A stretch of DNA of 64,000 nucleotides, taken from positions 69,812,001-69,876,000 of the forward strand of contig OZ287751.1 in NCBI GenBank assembly GCA_965649765.1, read 5' to 3'. Position numbers and translations under genes: made by a program. The DNA comes from Bispira polyomma (Eukaryota). Numbering within the stretch: position 1 is the first letter of the stretch; every line of letters starts with the position of its first letter. The notes under the pieces were generated by a model. It saw only the letters and a list, made by a program, of their open reading frames with translations. It was not told the origin of the DNA and made no database searches. Positions 12,911 through 27,900 of the stretch are shown here, one piece after another.

Positions 12911-15900
12911 GTTGCCACGTCAAGTTATTTTTGGCTGTTTCAAATACCAGTCGGGTCATAATACCGGTCGACGTATATTTATGCACACAAATTAAAATAA
13001 ATTATTTGCATTGATTAATTGGTTTTCTTTTAGTGAACAGTGTTTCTGTAGTTGTGTCAGATTGATAACCAAATCAAGCATTTAGAGTGTGTGATGATCA
13101 ATGGGGTTTTCGGCGTACTTAAAATAATTACGTTTATCATAAAACATGTACAAAGTAAATGCGGTACGCCGGAAAGCCTGTAGCACTGAAAACATGATGC
13201 ATGACCATGCTTGTCCAACTCGGGATAACTGAAACCATGTCTGAGCGATAACGAAAGAATAAGCCAATTCGTAGTTCCGAGAACGCATGTGTAGTTAACC
13301 GGAAGTGACAATCTTTGTTGCACATAAACAAATGAACTTATATGACTTTGCAAAATATATTAAAATGTTAATTCTCAGTTATGATTCCAAATAATAGCCT
13401 CAGATTTGGATATATGATGCATGAGTGATGGTTCTTTGTATCGCCAGGTGACCTATTTTCGTGGGTGTCCTATTTTCGTGGATAAGTGTTTCTAATACTG
13501 ATAAGCTAGTGATCTGTGTCAAAGTGGAGTGTGTGTGTAAAATGTCCTCATACAACAGTAATGTTTGCATTTTAACAATTAAAAATGGTTCTTGTATCAG
13601 TATATTAGTAAAAAATGAAATTAAGTTAATAAATGTGACTAAAACCAGTTTATTTTTGGGCATGTTAAATATCTATTATTAATCATGTTAAATAGTTCAC
13701 TTTTGATTGGGTTTTTATCTTCAAAATGTTAAATCTTAAACTTGTTTTCATTAAAAATATCAGCCGTGGTAAGGTACTTATTAAAATACTATTTACGGCT
13801 CTTATTACAAATGCCCATGAAAATAGGACCCTCTGTTTGAGGCTGTTTAAAAATGTAATTTATTGAAGCTAAGTTTTAAAATGTTAAAAGTACTGAGATT
13901 CCTTAATTTTTAGCTCTGATTATGTACAAATATATTAGATAGATCATAAAAAATACTAGTCCAAAGTCTTTAATGGATTTTTGTGCAGCAAAGTTCTAGT
14001 TTGTGTCGTGTTTAAGTAGCTTACTCTTATACCCATGAAAATAGGTCACTCGAGTATGAATATATTTACTTTATAGTTAAAGGATAACATTCCCATTGAA
14101 CTTTTATACAAAAACCATATTTTGCAAAATAAAAATGCCGATTATTAATTAAAAACTCAGAAAATACTGTAGGTAAAAATTTCGCAAAATGTGATGAGAA
14201 AGCTTATTATATTATGATTACTATGTTATTTTTTGCATCAAAATCCCTTGCAGAATGACCGAGATATTAAATTTTAAATACAGGTACCGATGTTAAATTG
14301 GCTGTTGGCTGCACATTTGCCGTATGCAGGTGCTTCTTGTTTATGTGCCGTATATAAGACCGGAAGATTGTAACTGCGGCTGCGCAATCAGATCTACAAA
14401 CTGGCTTATGGATCCTAATCTTTCAAATTGTCAGCAATTTACTTTCACTTGAAATTTTAAACAAAATAATTGCAACAGTCAATAGTGGTAGGAGACCAAT
14501 TCACGCCTGGGTACCAATCAACACCCGCCTTGTAAATAATTGCAAATAATTTTTTAACACTGATGCAAACACGCTCAGTTATTATGACAAATCAATTACA
14601 TTATTATAATATTATGTTTAAATTGTCAAAAAGCTGTAAGAAATTGATATTCCTACAAAGAAATATCCACTGTTTTAATCTTGGTGGGCGTTGAACTGGT
14701 TGTAAACTAGTCTCCCACCACGATAGTGTTAAAACAATATTAGCAATTATTTACAAGGCAGGCATTGATTGGTACCTGGGCGTGAACTGGTCTCCCACCA
14801 GTAAAGCATTAGTGCAGGCAATCTTGGGATCTACAGAAAGGTTTTGACGAGAGCTCCTTGATTATAAGTTTATTTTTATAATAATATTTGTATGTTTTAA
14901 CAAATATTTAAACAAATGTAAATATGTGATGTTGTTTAGTTATCTTTCAGACAGAATTTATCCCAAACGGAAGCACACACGCATCCATTTAAAAAACAGG
15001 TCGAAACATCCGAAAAACAGGTTTAAACGCCTAAAAAAATTAGGTCAAAACCTCTGGTATTCGATTGGTACACAGGCTGCCACCACTAACACTTTCCAAA
15101 GTTTTTCCTTGTACTTTCAATTACCGATTGTGTAGAAATATAAAAAATGTATTTTAACAATTTAATAGCTGTTTTGGCCTTATATTTTGTTAATTTGTGT
15201 TAGGGATTGATGATGTTTGTTTACATTAAAAATACCAAATGATTAGCTGTAATCATGACCCAGTATAATGGATATTGCTTTCCTGGTCGGTAATAGGAAG
15301 TGCTCAATAATAGGGAATGCGACAGTAGTATTTTTGTGCACTTTCGCGGATTCAATATGACGTTAATCCATGGACCTTTTTTATTAATATTCCAGCCATG
15401 ATTTGATTGGCCAATATTTTTGATTGATGACATTTTTGGAATTGTATATTATAGCTTTGAATTTAGTTTAATTTCTTTTAACTACTTTGATATAAGGATA
15501 TAATAAATTCATTTTAATTTCTGCAACTTTTGCTAGTTTCCTAATGTCAATTTAGCACTTGGTCATATTACAACACACAAGTAGCCCACTTCTTTCTTTT
15601 TTTGAAGCACCAAAGCAAATTGAGCTCCCATAACCATTGTAAAATATCAGCCACATACTTGATAACAGAACAAGGTCCGTAGATTTAACGGTTAATTCAT
15701 ATACATAATTAATTACAAGTAAATGGAGTCTTGTATTTATCATCACATTTGGAAAACTAAATGGACACATTGACAAATGGATTGCTTTTAATTTTTTGTA
15801 TTATCCACAAACTCTCTTAATGTCAATCTAGCACTTGTTCCTTAACATAAGACAAGTTTGTGCATTACAGAATATTTTAATGGGCCTATCAAATAATTCC

Positions 15901-18900
15901 CTCCACTAATAACACATTATATAGGCTTTAGTCTATAGTACTTTATAGGCGGTCTCCATTATCTTAAGGCCAATTTTTAATTTGCGAAGTATGTGTTTAT
16001 AACTTCACATGCATATCAGGGATTAGTTGTTATTATATTATTAATTGAACAAAAACAGGCTACACAAAGAAATAAAGTTGTGGAGTCACAAACACACACA
16101 CCTGATTGTTTAACCATCGGATAAAAGTTGTCATTGACTTGTCATTGATATTCAGGGTTACTATTATTGGTAGCATGGCCATAATTGTCAGCCAATTGTG
16201 TGAATATACACACAAATGACTAGAGGTGCGGCGGAAGCAAAAATTTGAGTCCAGGATATCGCTTGTCAAAAACTGTTCCGATTCCGGTATACCGCCCAAA
16301 AATAATCTCAATAACTGCAAATCAAATGCACTCCTCAAGAACAGGAAGTAATCAAAACCATGTGTGTCACGAAACAAATAAAACTTTATTGGTGGTTTAC
16401 TAAAAAACAGATATCTTGTCTTACCAAAAATATTCCATGAATTTCATTTTCACAAATACTTGTTCTTTGAATTTCGCTCTCTCTTACATTTTTTGTAGAA
16501 CAACAAACTGTTACTTATTCTTTTCTATTGAAATATTTAATTAATTTTGGTTAATTTAGGATATAGTAGATCTACGAATGAAACTTGAAATAGCATGTTC
16601 CATATTATTAAATTGGTGAAGCTGATCAGCAGTTACTAAGTAAGTTTACTTTTTGCCCCTATGTAATTTTGTAATTCTATTTTTCAGTTTAAAACCAGTG
16701 TATGGTGCTCAGTATCCCCCAAGGCAAGAACCAGGGCCACCTAGGTAAGTTTAGTTTGAGTATGGTATATGTATCAGAATATACTCTTAATTAGAGAAGA
16801 CTACATGTACTTCATATTTTACACATGTGTACGCTCTTTTCAGAGTTACTGATACTGAACTAGATGACCAATCTACTGTTTATTATCTACCCTGAAACAG
16901 GAAACCTCTCCATTTTAATGGTCACACCAGAATATTAATATTTTACTTCAAATGCAGTTCACATTTCTTTAATACATGAGATATATGCAATTTGTACAAT
17001 ATTTGAACCCAAATAGCAATATTGTGATGAACAAATAGGCTAATAATGAACAAAAGGCTAGTTAACTGTCGATATTAGTTTTGTCGATATTAGTTTGCAC
17101 AGTATGTCAGTGTTTCACTTATAAGACCTATCAGTAGTAAATTTGGCCCACAACATATCAACACAAGTAGGTGACAGAGGTTTGAAAATCAACATCCACA
17201 AGGTTCTTCTTTAGCCATGACCTGGTGACAGAGTACCGCCGGTTATGTCCCTTTGTATACTAAAAATATTCATCTATTTGAAGATGCAATTGTACTCCTT
17301 TAAGTTAAACCCTAAGGGTACTGGGACAACATACCTCTACGAAAGGAGGATTTCCACTAAACAGGAGATTTTAAAAGAGCAGGATTTTGTTATATCTATA
17401 TATATTTCTCATATATTCTATATATATATATTTCTATATTTCTGATAAGAAAAATCAACTAGAAGAGGTTGTTTCAATGTACCTAAATAGACTTTAATTT
17501 ATTATCATTTCTGCTGTATTAATACTATGCAGGGTATATGTATGTTTTCTCTTTGTATTGCATTCAGCCTGCCAACCTCTCCCAAAAAAGAGCAGGGCGG
17601 TTTTAATGCTGCTTATCACAGTAACCCCATTGGTGGACCGCCTGGTTTTAGGAAAGAGGACAGCTTCCAGAACTTTCAGCTAAAGACCCAGGATGCCTGG
17701 GAGATTGGGGATGATGAGGATGTCACCATGGCACCAGTCAACCCGAAGGTAGTGCAGAGTACTGCCTTACAGGTCTGGGATGGCTTTTTGTTTAATATTG
17801 TGTGTGTATTAGTAGTGGGTGGATGATTAGAAATCTGGGGCCATATTCCCAAAAAGGTTTAGTTTTATGCTTAAAATTTTGGTCTTTTATTTTGGTCAAA
17901 ATGGTTAAAATTTTGGTTTTAATGTGAGTCACAGCAAGGAAAGATCAAAGTGTATATTTGGCCTTTATTTTAGTTGGTTCAAGTTGTATCAGCTTTTTAA
18001 TTTGTAACCTGTAGGATAAACTACATTTTAAATATTCGACAACTATTATGGGCCGATGCAAATAATTAATCGACTTGCCGACTCGTTCCCGGTACACTAT
18101 TGTTACTGGTACGCTTTTATATTGTCGATTTTTCAACAAATACCTACCTCATTACAACTAGAATTTACTGAACATGAGGCGGCCATATTGAAAGTAGTTC
18201 TTTCTGCTGTTGTCAGTAAACTGATAGCCTGGAGTTTTTATGTTATTTTATATATATATGTAGTTTACTATTGCAAAATAAAATAATGTGTCACACTTGT
18301 TTGCATTTACTGCCATATTTACAGGGATTGCAAAATAGGTTAACAGGATGTTTCAAACAGTCAAAGTTGGAAGATTGGACGATTAATCTACCGTTACAAA
18401 GTAGACCAATTCCCAGCACTAGTGCCAGTTGTAGATTGTAGATTTAAAACAGAATCCTGCAAGGTTTCCTATGTATTGAAAATAACAATGAAGTTACAGA
18501 CTTGTGATATAGTTTGTAGTTATCTTTGTTTCTGTTTAAATTCCCATAGGAGATTTAAATATCAACTTGCAAGTTTGGGGATATTGGTACTAGTGGTAAA
18601 AAATTAAAAAAGCTTTTAATCTTTTTAAATTTTGTGGTTTTGTTTAAGTTGGTGTTAAGGTGTTGTTCTTTTAGCCTCTTACAAACAGATTACAAAATTT
18701 TGACAAAAGCTCTAGTGCTCAGATTACAAAAGGTTTTACCTAATATTGTAAGTACAGATCAAGTAGGTTATATACCTGGCAGATACGATGGGGAAAACAT
18801 AAGAACGATAGCCGATCTTATGGTTTATACAGTAAAAAATAAGATTCCAGGATTTATTGCTTTGATAGCTTTTTAAGAAGCATTTGATTCAATAGAATAA

Positions 18901-21900
18901 GATGTATATAATGACTTAACATCTTGTGTTGGCAATAATGGTTTCTACTCTAGATATTTTAAGTTAACTCGCGGAATTAGGCAAGGTTGTCCCATATCAG
19001 CATTACTATTTTTACTCGTTGCTGAGGTAATAGCAATACATATAAGATGTAGCAATGAAATAAAAGGGATATCTATAAATGGAACTGAGTTCAAAATCAA
19101 AATGCTGGCTGATGATACTACCCTTACTTTAAACAGTATGAGAGCTATTGAACTGGCCATTAAGGAATTTGATTGTTTTTCGGAATGTTCAGGCTTAAAA
19201 CTTAACCTAGATAAGACAGAAATAATTCCAATCGGTCTAAACATGTTCACTAATCCAAAGAAGCCATGTGCACTCAGCAAAATAAATATAAGAAAAGGAC
19301 CCTTTAAAACATTAGGTATTTGGTTCTCCAATAACATAAATGAAATGGTAGATCTAAATTTCAAAGACAGGCTAGCCAATATGAAGAAAATGCTTTTCAT
19401 TTGGAACTCAAGAAACTTATCACTTAAAGGGAGAATAACTACAATAAGGTCATTAATATTACCACAGATTTTATTCCTGTTTGGTTTAATTTACGTACCT
19501 AGAGATATTCTTGACAAAATTAATAAGTTGTTTTTCACTTTTTTGTGGAGGAATAAGCCTCCTAAAGTAAAGAGATACTATTGTTGCACCGATTGAGATG
19601 GCGGGATTAAAAATGATTGATGTATACTCAATGCATACAGCGGCTAAGTGTAATTGGATAAAAAGAATCAATACTAACAAAAACGCAGACTGGAAATCAT
19701 TGTCTCTTAAAATGCTGTCTATAATAAAAATATGTTAAATAAAAAACTAAACTTAATTTACATAAAAAACATGGTTACACCTTTTCATAGACAAGTATTA
19801 GAAAGCTGGTGTAAGATATATTGCACTGAACCAACTGATAATGAGGAAGTATTGAATGAATATATCCTTTATAACAGAAACATAACCATAGCAAAGAGAC
19901 ATATTTCCTTAAGTCAGTTTCCAAACAAACTTGGGGACAATATCAATATCATTGATATTTTACATAGCAATGGTGAAATTTTAAAGAGAAATGACCTAAA
20001 TCTAACATTAAATGCAAAGATAAGTCTAATGACTTACAATTCTGTTATCAGCTCAATTCCCAAACAGTGGAAACAAAAACTAAACCAAACGGCTGCTATA
20101 CCTGTAAACCGGTGTACAGATGAAATTCAAGTTAAGCTTAATAACAAACTAGTGCCCCTTTGTAATCTCACATCAAAGATAATATATAATGAGATAATAA
20201 GATTACAGTCTAAGCCACCAACCTCAATTGAAACTTGGATAAACCTATACCCCTTTTTAGAAGGACATAACTGGAATGACACTTTTATGCTTCCATTTAA
20301 AGTGATAAAAGAAACATACATACAAAGTATTACACAGAATTATTAACAGTAATTATAATCTTTTTAAGTGGGGAATTAAGGCTTTAGTAACGTAAACACA
20401 AAAAACGATCGCCGCTACACCATGTTATGTGTGGTCGAACTTCTCAGAAACTGCACAACTTTTTTGGGTGGCCTTAAACTCGATTTATGGATAACATATT
20501 TACATTTTCAAGAGTAGAAATAATAAAGAATGACATATATTTTAATTATATACTAATTTATCTAGTTTACATATCATTTTAATAGGTATTTTGAGACATA
20601 CACTACATGTAGCAGTGTGTCAAATTAAAACTAAAATGGGTAATATTTTTAAAGTACATGCTTGACAAACGTCACACAATTCACATACCAAAAAGGGATC
20701 AATACTGAAGTATTGTGCATGACTAGAGAAAGAAAAACATCAGCATTATTTTGAATGAATTAGTTTTTCAAAAAAAGCGCAAAAGCGGGGATAATTTTAG
20801 AAAAACATTAAAGTCACACTCTTCTAAACAGAAAGATGTTTTGTATTTTTTGTTTCTATAAAATAAGGAAACATATTGGAAAATGTAATTCATTCAAAAT
20901 AATATACATGGATTCTAAAGTTGTATAGTGTATATAATGTCTTTATATATGCTGGATTAATACTTGTATTGTGTCACAATAGAAAGGCTTCACTGCGAGA
21001 ATTGTTTACAAATATGACGTTCCACCATAGATTTCAAATTGTCTGACGTCACAATGCAAGAATCGTTATATGGGTGTTTTAATCACTTTACAAAGAAATA
21101 TTAAAGTTTTACATGGTATTTGCATATAAAAATGGTTAAAACGGTCACTAAAGACACATTTTAAGGCTGCCATAGTAGGTAGTTATGGTTAAAATATTTT
21201 CGTAAATGCAGTATAATTTACGGCCGCGCATTTGTGTGTTTACGTTACTAAAGCCTTAAAGACTCTCCAGAATGGATCTTCTGTAGAAGTATTGATACTG
21301 TCTCACACCACCTGTTTGAATGCCATGAATGTATTGACTTCTGGAAAAAATTAGAAGTGTGGTTGTATAAAAAATTGAATGTTAAATTTAAATTCACAGT
21401 GTGTGAAATAATTTTTGGTTTACCTGTAACAAGCGATAATATAATTAAAATAATAAATTTTGTCTTTATTTTAGCAAAACATTTCATTAACAAACAAAGA
21501 AGCAAAAATAAAAACCTGTCATTTCAAAACTTCATTTACTTGGTAAAAGAAAATGTGAGGGTATACCTTAGCTTGGAACGAATGGCACCTAATGAGAAAC
21601 TAGATTCACCTATATTAAATTATTATGAATTATTAATCACTGAGTAACATAGTTTATGCATTACTTTAATACTTGTTGATCAACTAAGACTGAAATATCT
21701 GTGTCTTTGTTTATTTGTTCTGTTGATCAGCTAAGACTGATATATCTGTGTCTTTGTATATCTGTGTCTTTGTTTATTTGTTCTGTGTGTAAAACTGAAT
21801 GTAAGATTGTGAAAATTGTACTACTTGTGATGTATGTATTGTAAAAACTTTTTTATGTCTTGTTATGCCAAATAAAATATTACAAAAAAAAAAGAAAAAG

Positions 21901-24900
21901 TGTTCTTCTTTTCCTTTTATATTTACGAGGAGAAGATTTTGGAGAATTATGAATTTACTGAAGTATGACAAAAGAGAAAATGGCTTGTTACTAATTTTAG
22001 TAATATAAAAGACCACAAATCAGATACCAACATTCCATGTCAAATTCAAAGCAACAACTGGTTGACCGAAAAAACATATATATATATAAAATATGAAGAA
22101 GAATTATTGTACAAAATTGCATACAAACCTTGAAATTTTACCATATCCACATCATACTATGATTAGTTTAAATAAAGTAAGGAATATAAAATTAGCCACT
22201 GTATCTAAAATTCATCACTCCTAAAATTAAAACATAATAAATCAAAACTGTGCCAAAAATAACTGGAATTTAGGTAAGCAAAGCAAAATAGTCACAAAAA
22301 TCTCAATTTCAGCATATTACCTACAATTCTACCAAAAACACAACATTTTGTAGGTGGCGTCTGTGGCGAATTTCAGATACAGTGGGGAATTTTAGATTCT
22401 TTACTCCATTTGAACTAATCTCAGTGACAAAATAATAATCTTTGTGTCACCCACAAGATTAAGAGAAGGCAAGATGTGAGTGTATCCCCCCCCCCCCCCC
22501 CCTCTTCCTTGACATATTTTTACCACTTTCACAATAATTTATAGTTTAATCCTTTAAACCCCTAGGTTCAAAGTGGTAGGTTGTACAACAGCATTTGTTA
22601 CTCACTGTTGGCAAGATATTGACATACCTAAAATATTATTTTAGTTTCCTTCAGTTTCTCGCAATAGGAAATTGTTGGTACAGAAAAATCCCTCGCCTAA
22701 AAAATGATACGGCCGTTATTGAATGCTGTTTGTATTCTGTGGTGAGTGTTTCAATGACTTCAGCTATCTGTAATTTTTATTCCTGAAAAGTTTCCTTCAG
22801 TTCCTGGCGATAGTTTTCTCTTGGGAGTCAAAAAGGGTTAAAATTAATCATGACTGAAATTGATGAGGCCATATTTCATGGGTTAACTAGGATCTCTTGT
22901 TGGAAGTAAAAAGAGTGATAATTATGTCAGCCACTCGAATTTAAGTAATGCCTTGACATGATACAAAGTCTGGCTAAAATGTAGTTTGTAACAATGTGAT
23001 GTTAAATTGGTCCACACTTGAAATTATAAATGTGTAATAACATTGTCGCGGTCAGTTTAAAAACCTTTGTAAACATAATTAATGAAGTAGAAAAAATGTA
23101 TTGGCTTTTTATAATGTTCACCTGTGTTGGTCTGTTCTTGTTTAGGTTCTTAACAACCACAGTTTACAACAGGCGAGGGCTAAACACAACAACACCGAGG
23201 AGAGAAGTAACAGCCCCAAGTCCACAGGTAGGAGAGGGAGAATGACCACTGTACAACCTCTATTGTCTAAACTTATAGTAGTTTATCCAAATTTTCAATT
23301 TTTAAATTACAGTGAAACCTGTCCAGTCGAATCTGAAGGGACCATTAAAATATGCTCTACTTAACAGAAATTCTACTTAAGAGTGTAAACTATATAATTA
23401 GGAATATAGCAATGGGACATTAAAATAACTTCTGCTTAACAGAGATTTACTTAAAGCGGTTTGACCGTGAATTTTTATTTTCTTATTGTTTTATTCTAAA
23501 TTAGTCTTCTATTTTATTAATCTTATAAATCTTCTGTTGTGTAAACAAAGTAATTACTCTCCCAATATCTTTGGATAATGGAGGCTGTACTGTACCTAAA
23601 ATTAAAAACATAATTTAAATGTTCAATCAGTTAAATGTATTATGAATCGTCTTGTGCCCATAGTCAAGGTGAGAATGCACTGGACTTTGTATAGTTAATG
23701 AAATATATTGTTTTCTATTACCAACTTGAATTATATACCAAGTCAATGACAAGAATTGTGCTGGATACAGAATTTTGTAAAGGAAATTGAAAGATTTCTT
23801 ATCATAGAGAGCCTAGAAATCAGGTACATTTCAAGACTTTAAAAATTATTAAGAATTTGGAACTTGAAGATTATTGTAAAATATTTTTAATGAGGGTAAA
23901 ATAGAATCCTTAACCCCTTGACGACCTTATCCATCGACCAGCAGCCGACAGAGGTTTCTATTCGTCAGGGCCATGTCCGCTGGCCAGCAGTCAACGGTGT
24001 GTGATATTATTATATAGTTCCCTCAGCACACAGGAATACAATCTATGTGGTACAGTCCTTTCAACATAACATTAAATATATGTTTTAATTTGTGAGGTGT
24101 TAAGTAGTAGCAAAAACGTCATGAAGCTGGGTCAAAGTTTTCTCCCTCGGTATAGTACAATTGCACTCCATCGGCAGCGAAGAAATTAATGTCATGAATG
24201 AGTAGTCTCAAATGGGTCTTGTGTGAAACCAAGTTAGAATGCTTCATCCTTTAAGAAATTATTTCCACATTCTGATCTTATTTTCTGTAATCACCACAGC
24301 TTTAACCAATTCACCTCCGCCTCACCCCCCTACAAAGAACAATGGGCCAGGGATGGGTGTACGTGTCAACCACTGGCATGTGCCCAAAATCTCCCCTCTA
24401 CAGCTGGGACCACTACCTGTGCTCGACAGAGAGTCTTCCAAGCTAGAAAAGTTCAAAACTGTGCTCAACAGTACCGCACTGAATCTAGGTAGGTTGTGAG
24501 AGGATTAAACACACTCAACAGTAAGTTAGGGGTGGGCGTTTGCAAGAGCATGGGCGATATTCAGAGCGCAACCGGCACCTGTAGCTGTCATTCCTCCAAA
24601 GGGGTAGGACCCAATGTCAAAAACTGCCATTTAAAGTGGTCACATGTGAGTCACTGTGTATCTGCCTGTACCTGGGAGTTGAAGGATGGGATCAAACCCA
24701 AGTCCTCTGTGTTTCTGAGCGAGTATGTTACCTGCTAGTTAAATGTCAGTCACAATTGGTTTCATGTACTGCTTTAGAGTACTCTGCAATTTAAACATGT
24801 GTGTGGTAAGAGATGTATAATTATGTGTAATCAGTTTAATAGCTTTGGCAAATTAATAAATTATAAAATCTTGAGAACCTGAATAAACACAATACACATC

Positions 24901-27900
24901 ATGGTACAACATATTCAATTGGTCACATGCAAAATATAAATAAGTTTTGTATCTGAGTTTAATTAAATTGATATGTATTTAATGAAAATACTGTAGTTAA
25001 CAACATAGTAGATGTACCCAAAAACCTATTATCCAAACATCTATAATATTCTATTTTATGAATATACCGTCACTCTCCCAAATTTATATTTTTCTATTCT
25101 TTTATACTGAATTGACTTAAATTTGCATGAGCCACTTATAAATTTACACGTGTAACCTAAAAATTTGCAGATGAACTGAAGAAGATAAGCTGGTCAGGAA
25201 TTCCTCACCAATGCCGTCCAACAACTTGGAAAATATTGTCAGTAAGTGCTGTGTATCTTTTAGCTGTAAATAGCTTACAGAAATGTAAGCAGCAATTTTG
25301 AAGAAGTCCTTGGAAAGGTGTTAGTGAGATCACCTTATTGACCATATTTCCGATAGGTGCTTAATTTGTTAGGGGCTGTAGCAATGTGGTGAACGTGGAA
25401 CATTCTTTAAATTACTTCAAAATCTCACAATGTTAGACATATATACGAGTATGTTTTAGGCAGGGTTTAGTAATTTAATTAAAGAAAATGTCTGCTCCAG
25501 AAAATGTCAGTTTTTGCTGTCTCATATTTGTTTATTGTATGGATAGAGTATAAACAAATAATCAACAAAAACTTTAATACTGGTGTAAATAATCTAAATC
25601 ATCTCTATTTAATATTATATGTAGAATCATAACAAATAAATAAGCTATTATAAATACTAAATACAAAATCTTGCTCTCCCAACTTGTCCGAAAAATAGTG
25701 GTTCTGCTGTATACTAAACCCTGTCAATTGTTGATCTAAATCAAAATTTCTGGTGAAATAAGTTGCATGAATATTCTCCTGCACAGTTCATTACAGCTTG
25801 TTTTGTTGTTGAAATATAGTATTATCAACTATCATTCCAGGGTTATTTACCAACAAATTTAGATCGGCGGAAAATGACGCTGGAAAGAAAACGACAAGAA
25901 TATTACAGCTTTATAGATCAGTACTTTGACACACGTCATCAGGATCTGCATAAAGAAACCTTCAGACAAGTGAGGATCTTGAATATTAAAATGATAAAAC
26001 TTTTAGACAAGTCAACCTCTTAGATATTTAGATCAATTTTAGTAAATTCAGCCCCTGAGACATTCAGATCAAAGTAAACCTGTCTAGATAATTCCAGCTC
26101 TTGTTAGATGAAAGTTTTTATTATTTTTATTTAAATCAATTTTGTACATCCAGACCAGTTAGAATGTTTAATATACATCACAATTTTAGTTCTAAAAAAA
26201 ATGGTGAAGTAAACATCATTCAATATTCATGTTTGTCTTGGAAAACGGTTACTATTTTGTATACAAGTTATTATTGCAGAGGACCGTTTAAACTTTCAAC
26301 AGTTCATAAGGATAAAGGGGCCACGGTGGCCTAGTGGTTTTTTGGGTCTGCTTTAAATCACTGGCCACTCGCCTCTAGGGGTTGAATCCCAAAATCCTTC
26401 TTCATGTGAAAAAGTTTGTCAGGTACTTGCCATGGGCCTGTAGTTTACAGTGCTTAGGTACTGGTTATCCCCACCACTAAACCTGGCCATCCCGATATGA
26501 CCGTAGCTGTTAAAAGCGACGTAAAACCCCAGTAAATAAATAAATTTATAAGGATGACTTGAAAAATGGACACTAGTCCATTAACTGAGTAGAAATGTTC
26601 TCATTATGAAGTATGTCGGCAGTTTGCTAGAGTAAATTCTCACTGTTTTTGTATCTTTTTTCTTTCAGATAGCCATAGATATCCCCAGAATGAGTCCTCT
26701 AATACCAGTATTTAAACAGCCTCTTGTACAACAGGTCAGTGATACAATACTCTCATTGATGGCGTCTTATTACACTTGTGTGATATTAAAGTTTTAAATG
26801 AAAAACCAGTTGAATCACACCTTGGGTTTATTTATTGAATAAAACCAACAACCAGTTAAAAAATCTTCAAAACCAGTTGTTGGTTCTAGAATTAATGTGG
26901 TGACTTTTGCATCAAAATTGTACACAAAACTAAATGAAATATTTACAATTTAAGGCCATTGATTGTTAAGTGCAACTCAGTTTTTTGCTTTATTCTAGTA
27001 ATTTTATGGCATAAATTCAATGTACTGATAGATCTGTGAAGTTTTTTTTCTTTCTAATTTTTAAAACAGGTTAATAACCAGTTGTCGGTTAGTTTTATAA
27101 ACCAAACACCGGTTAAGGAAAATGCAACATGACGTAAGCCATGGGAAGCGACGTAAAACCCAACTGAATTTATATTCTAATAAAGCATCACTGTAGTGGC
27201 CAATATTCAGGTATATTATAGAGATGCTATTCAGTAAAAATGGTCGTCTTATAAAACCTTTGTGGTATGTACTGGTTGTTAATGAAGCCACTTATTTTGT
27301 ACAAGTTTCTCTCAGATACATCTCTGTTTTAGATTTCATTGTTGTATTTATTCCTTACAATGTTTAACTTTATATTATAACATATTTTTCTACACTTGAC
27401 TATATACTGTATTCTCCCCCTAGATCTTTGAGCGTATCCTGTTTATCTGGGCCATCAGACACCCAGCCAGTGGTTATGTACAGGGAATCAACGACCTAGT
27501 CACGCCTTTCTTTGTGGTCTTTCTAATGGAGCACATTGGCAATGGTAAGACATAGGGCTGGGACGGTGCCCAAAATATGGGGGGTGTAGGTGTGCAATGT
27601 CATGGTCTGGTTTCAACCAATAAAATGCCTTTTTACTGTCAGTTTTATTTCTTCCTCAGGGCTAGTTTAGGCAGTGTTTCTTGGTCATCAGGCCTGTATT
27701 AATTTTATTTTCTGAATTTTGATGACATGATCGATTTTTAATGTGTCTAATTGATGCCAGGCATCTTCTGAAACACCACATCATTGACAAAGAGGCAAGG
27801 AAGTCAATGTGGGAAGGCGTCAGTGGCCTAGTGGTTAGAAGTGCCTGCTTCACAATCACTAGCCTCTCACCAATGTGGGTTTTATCCCGTTCGTTCCCTC

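Noticed and set aside
25955-26015. Donor-spanning duplication after TBC1D22 exon 7 (AAACCTTCAGACAAGT vs AAACTTTTAGACAAGT)
   Set aside because: Only about 15 nt of imperfect similarity in AT-rich DNA; it could be chance.
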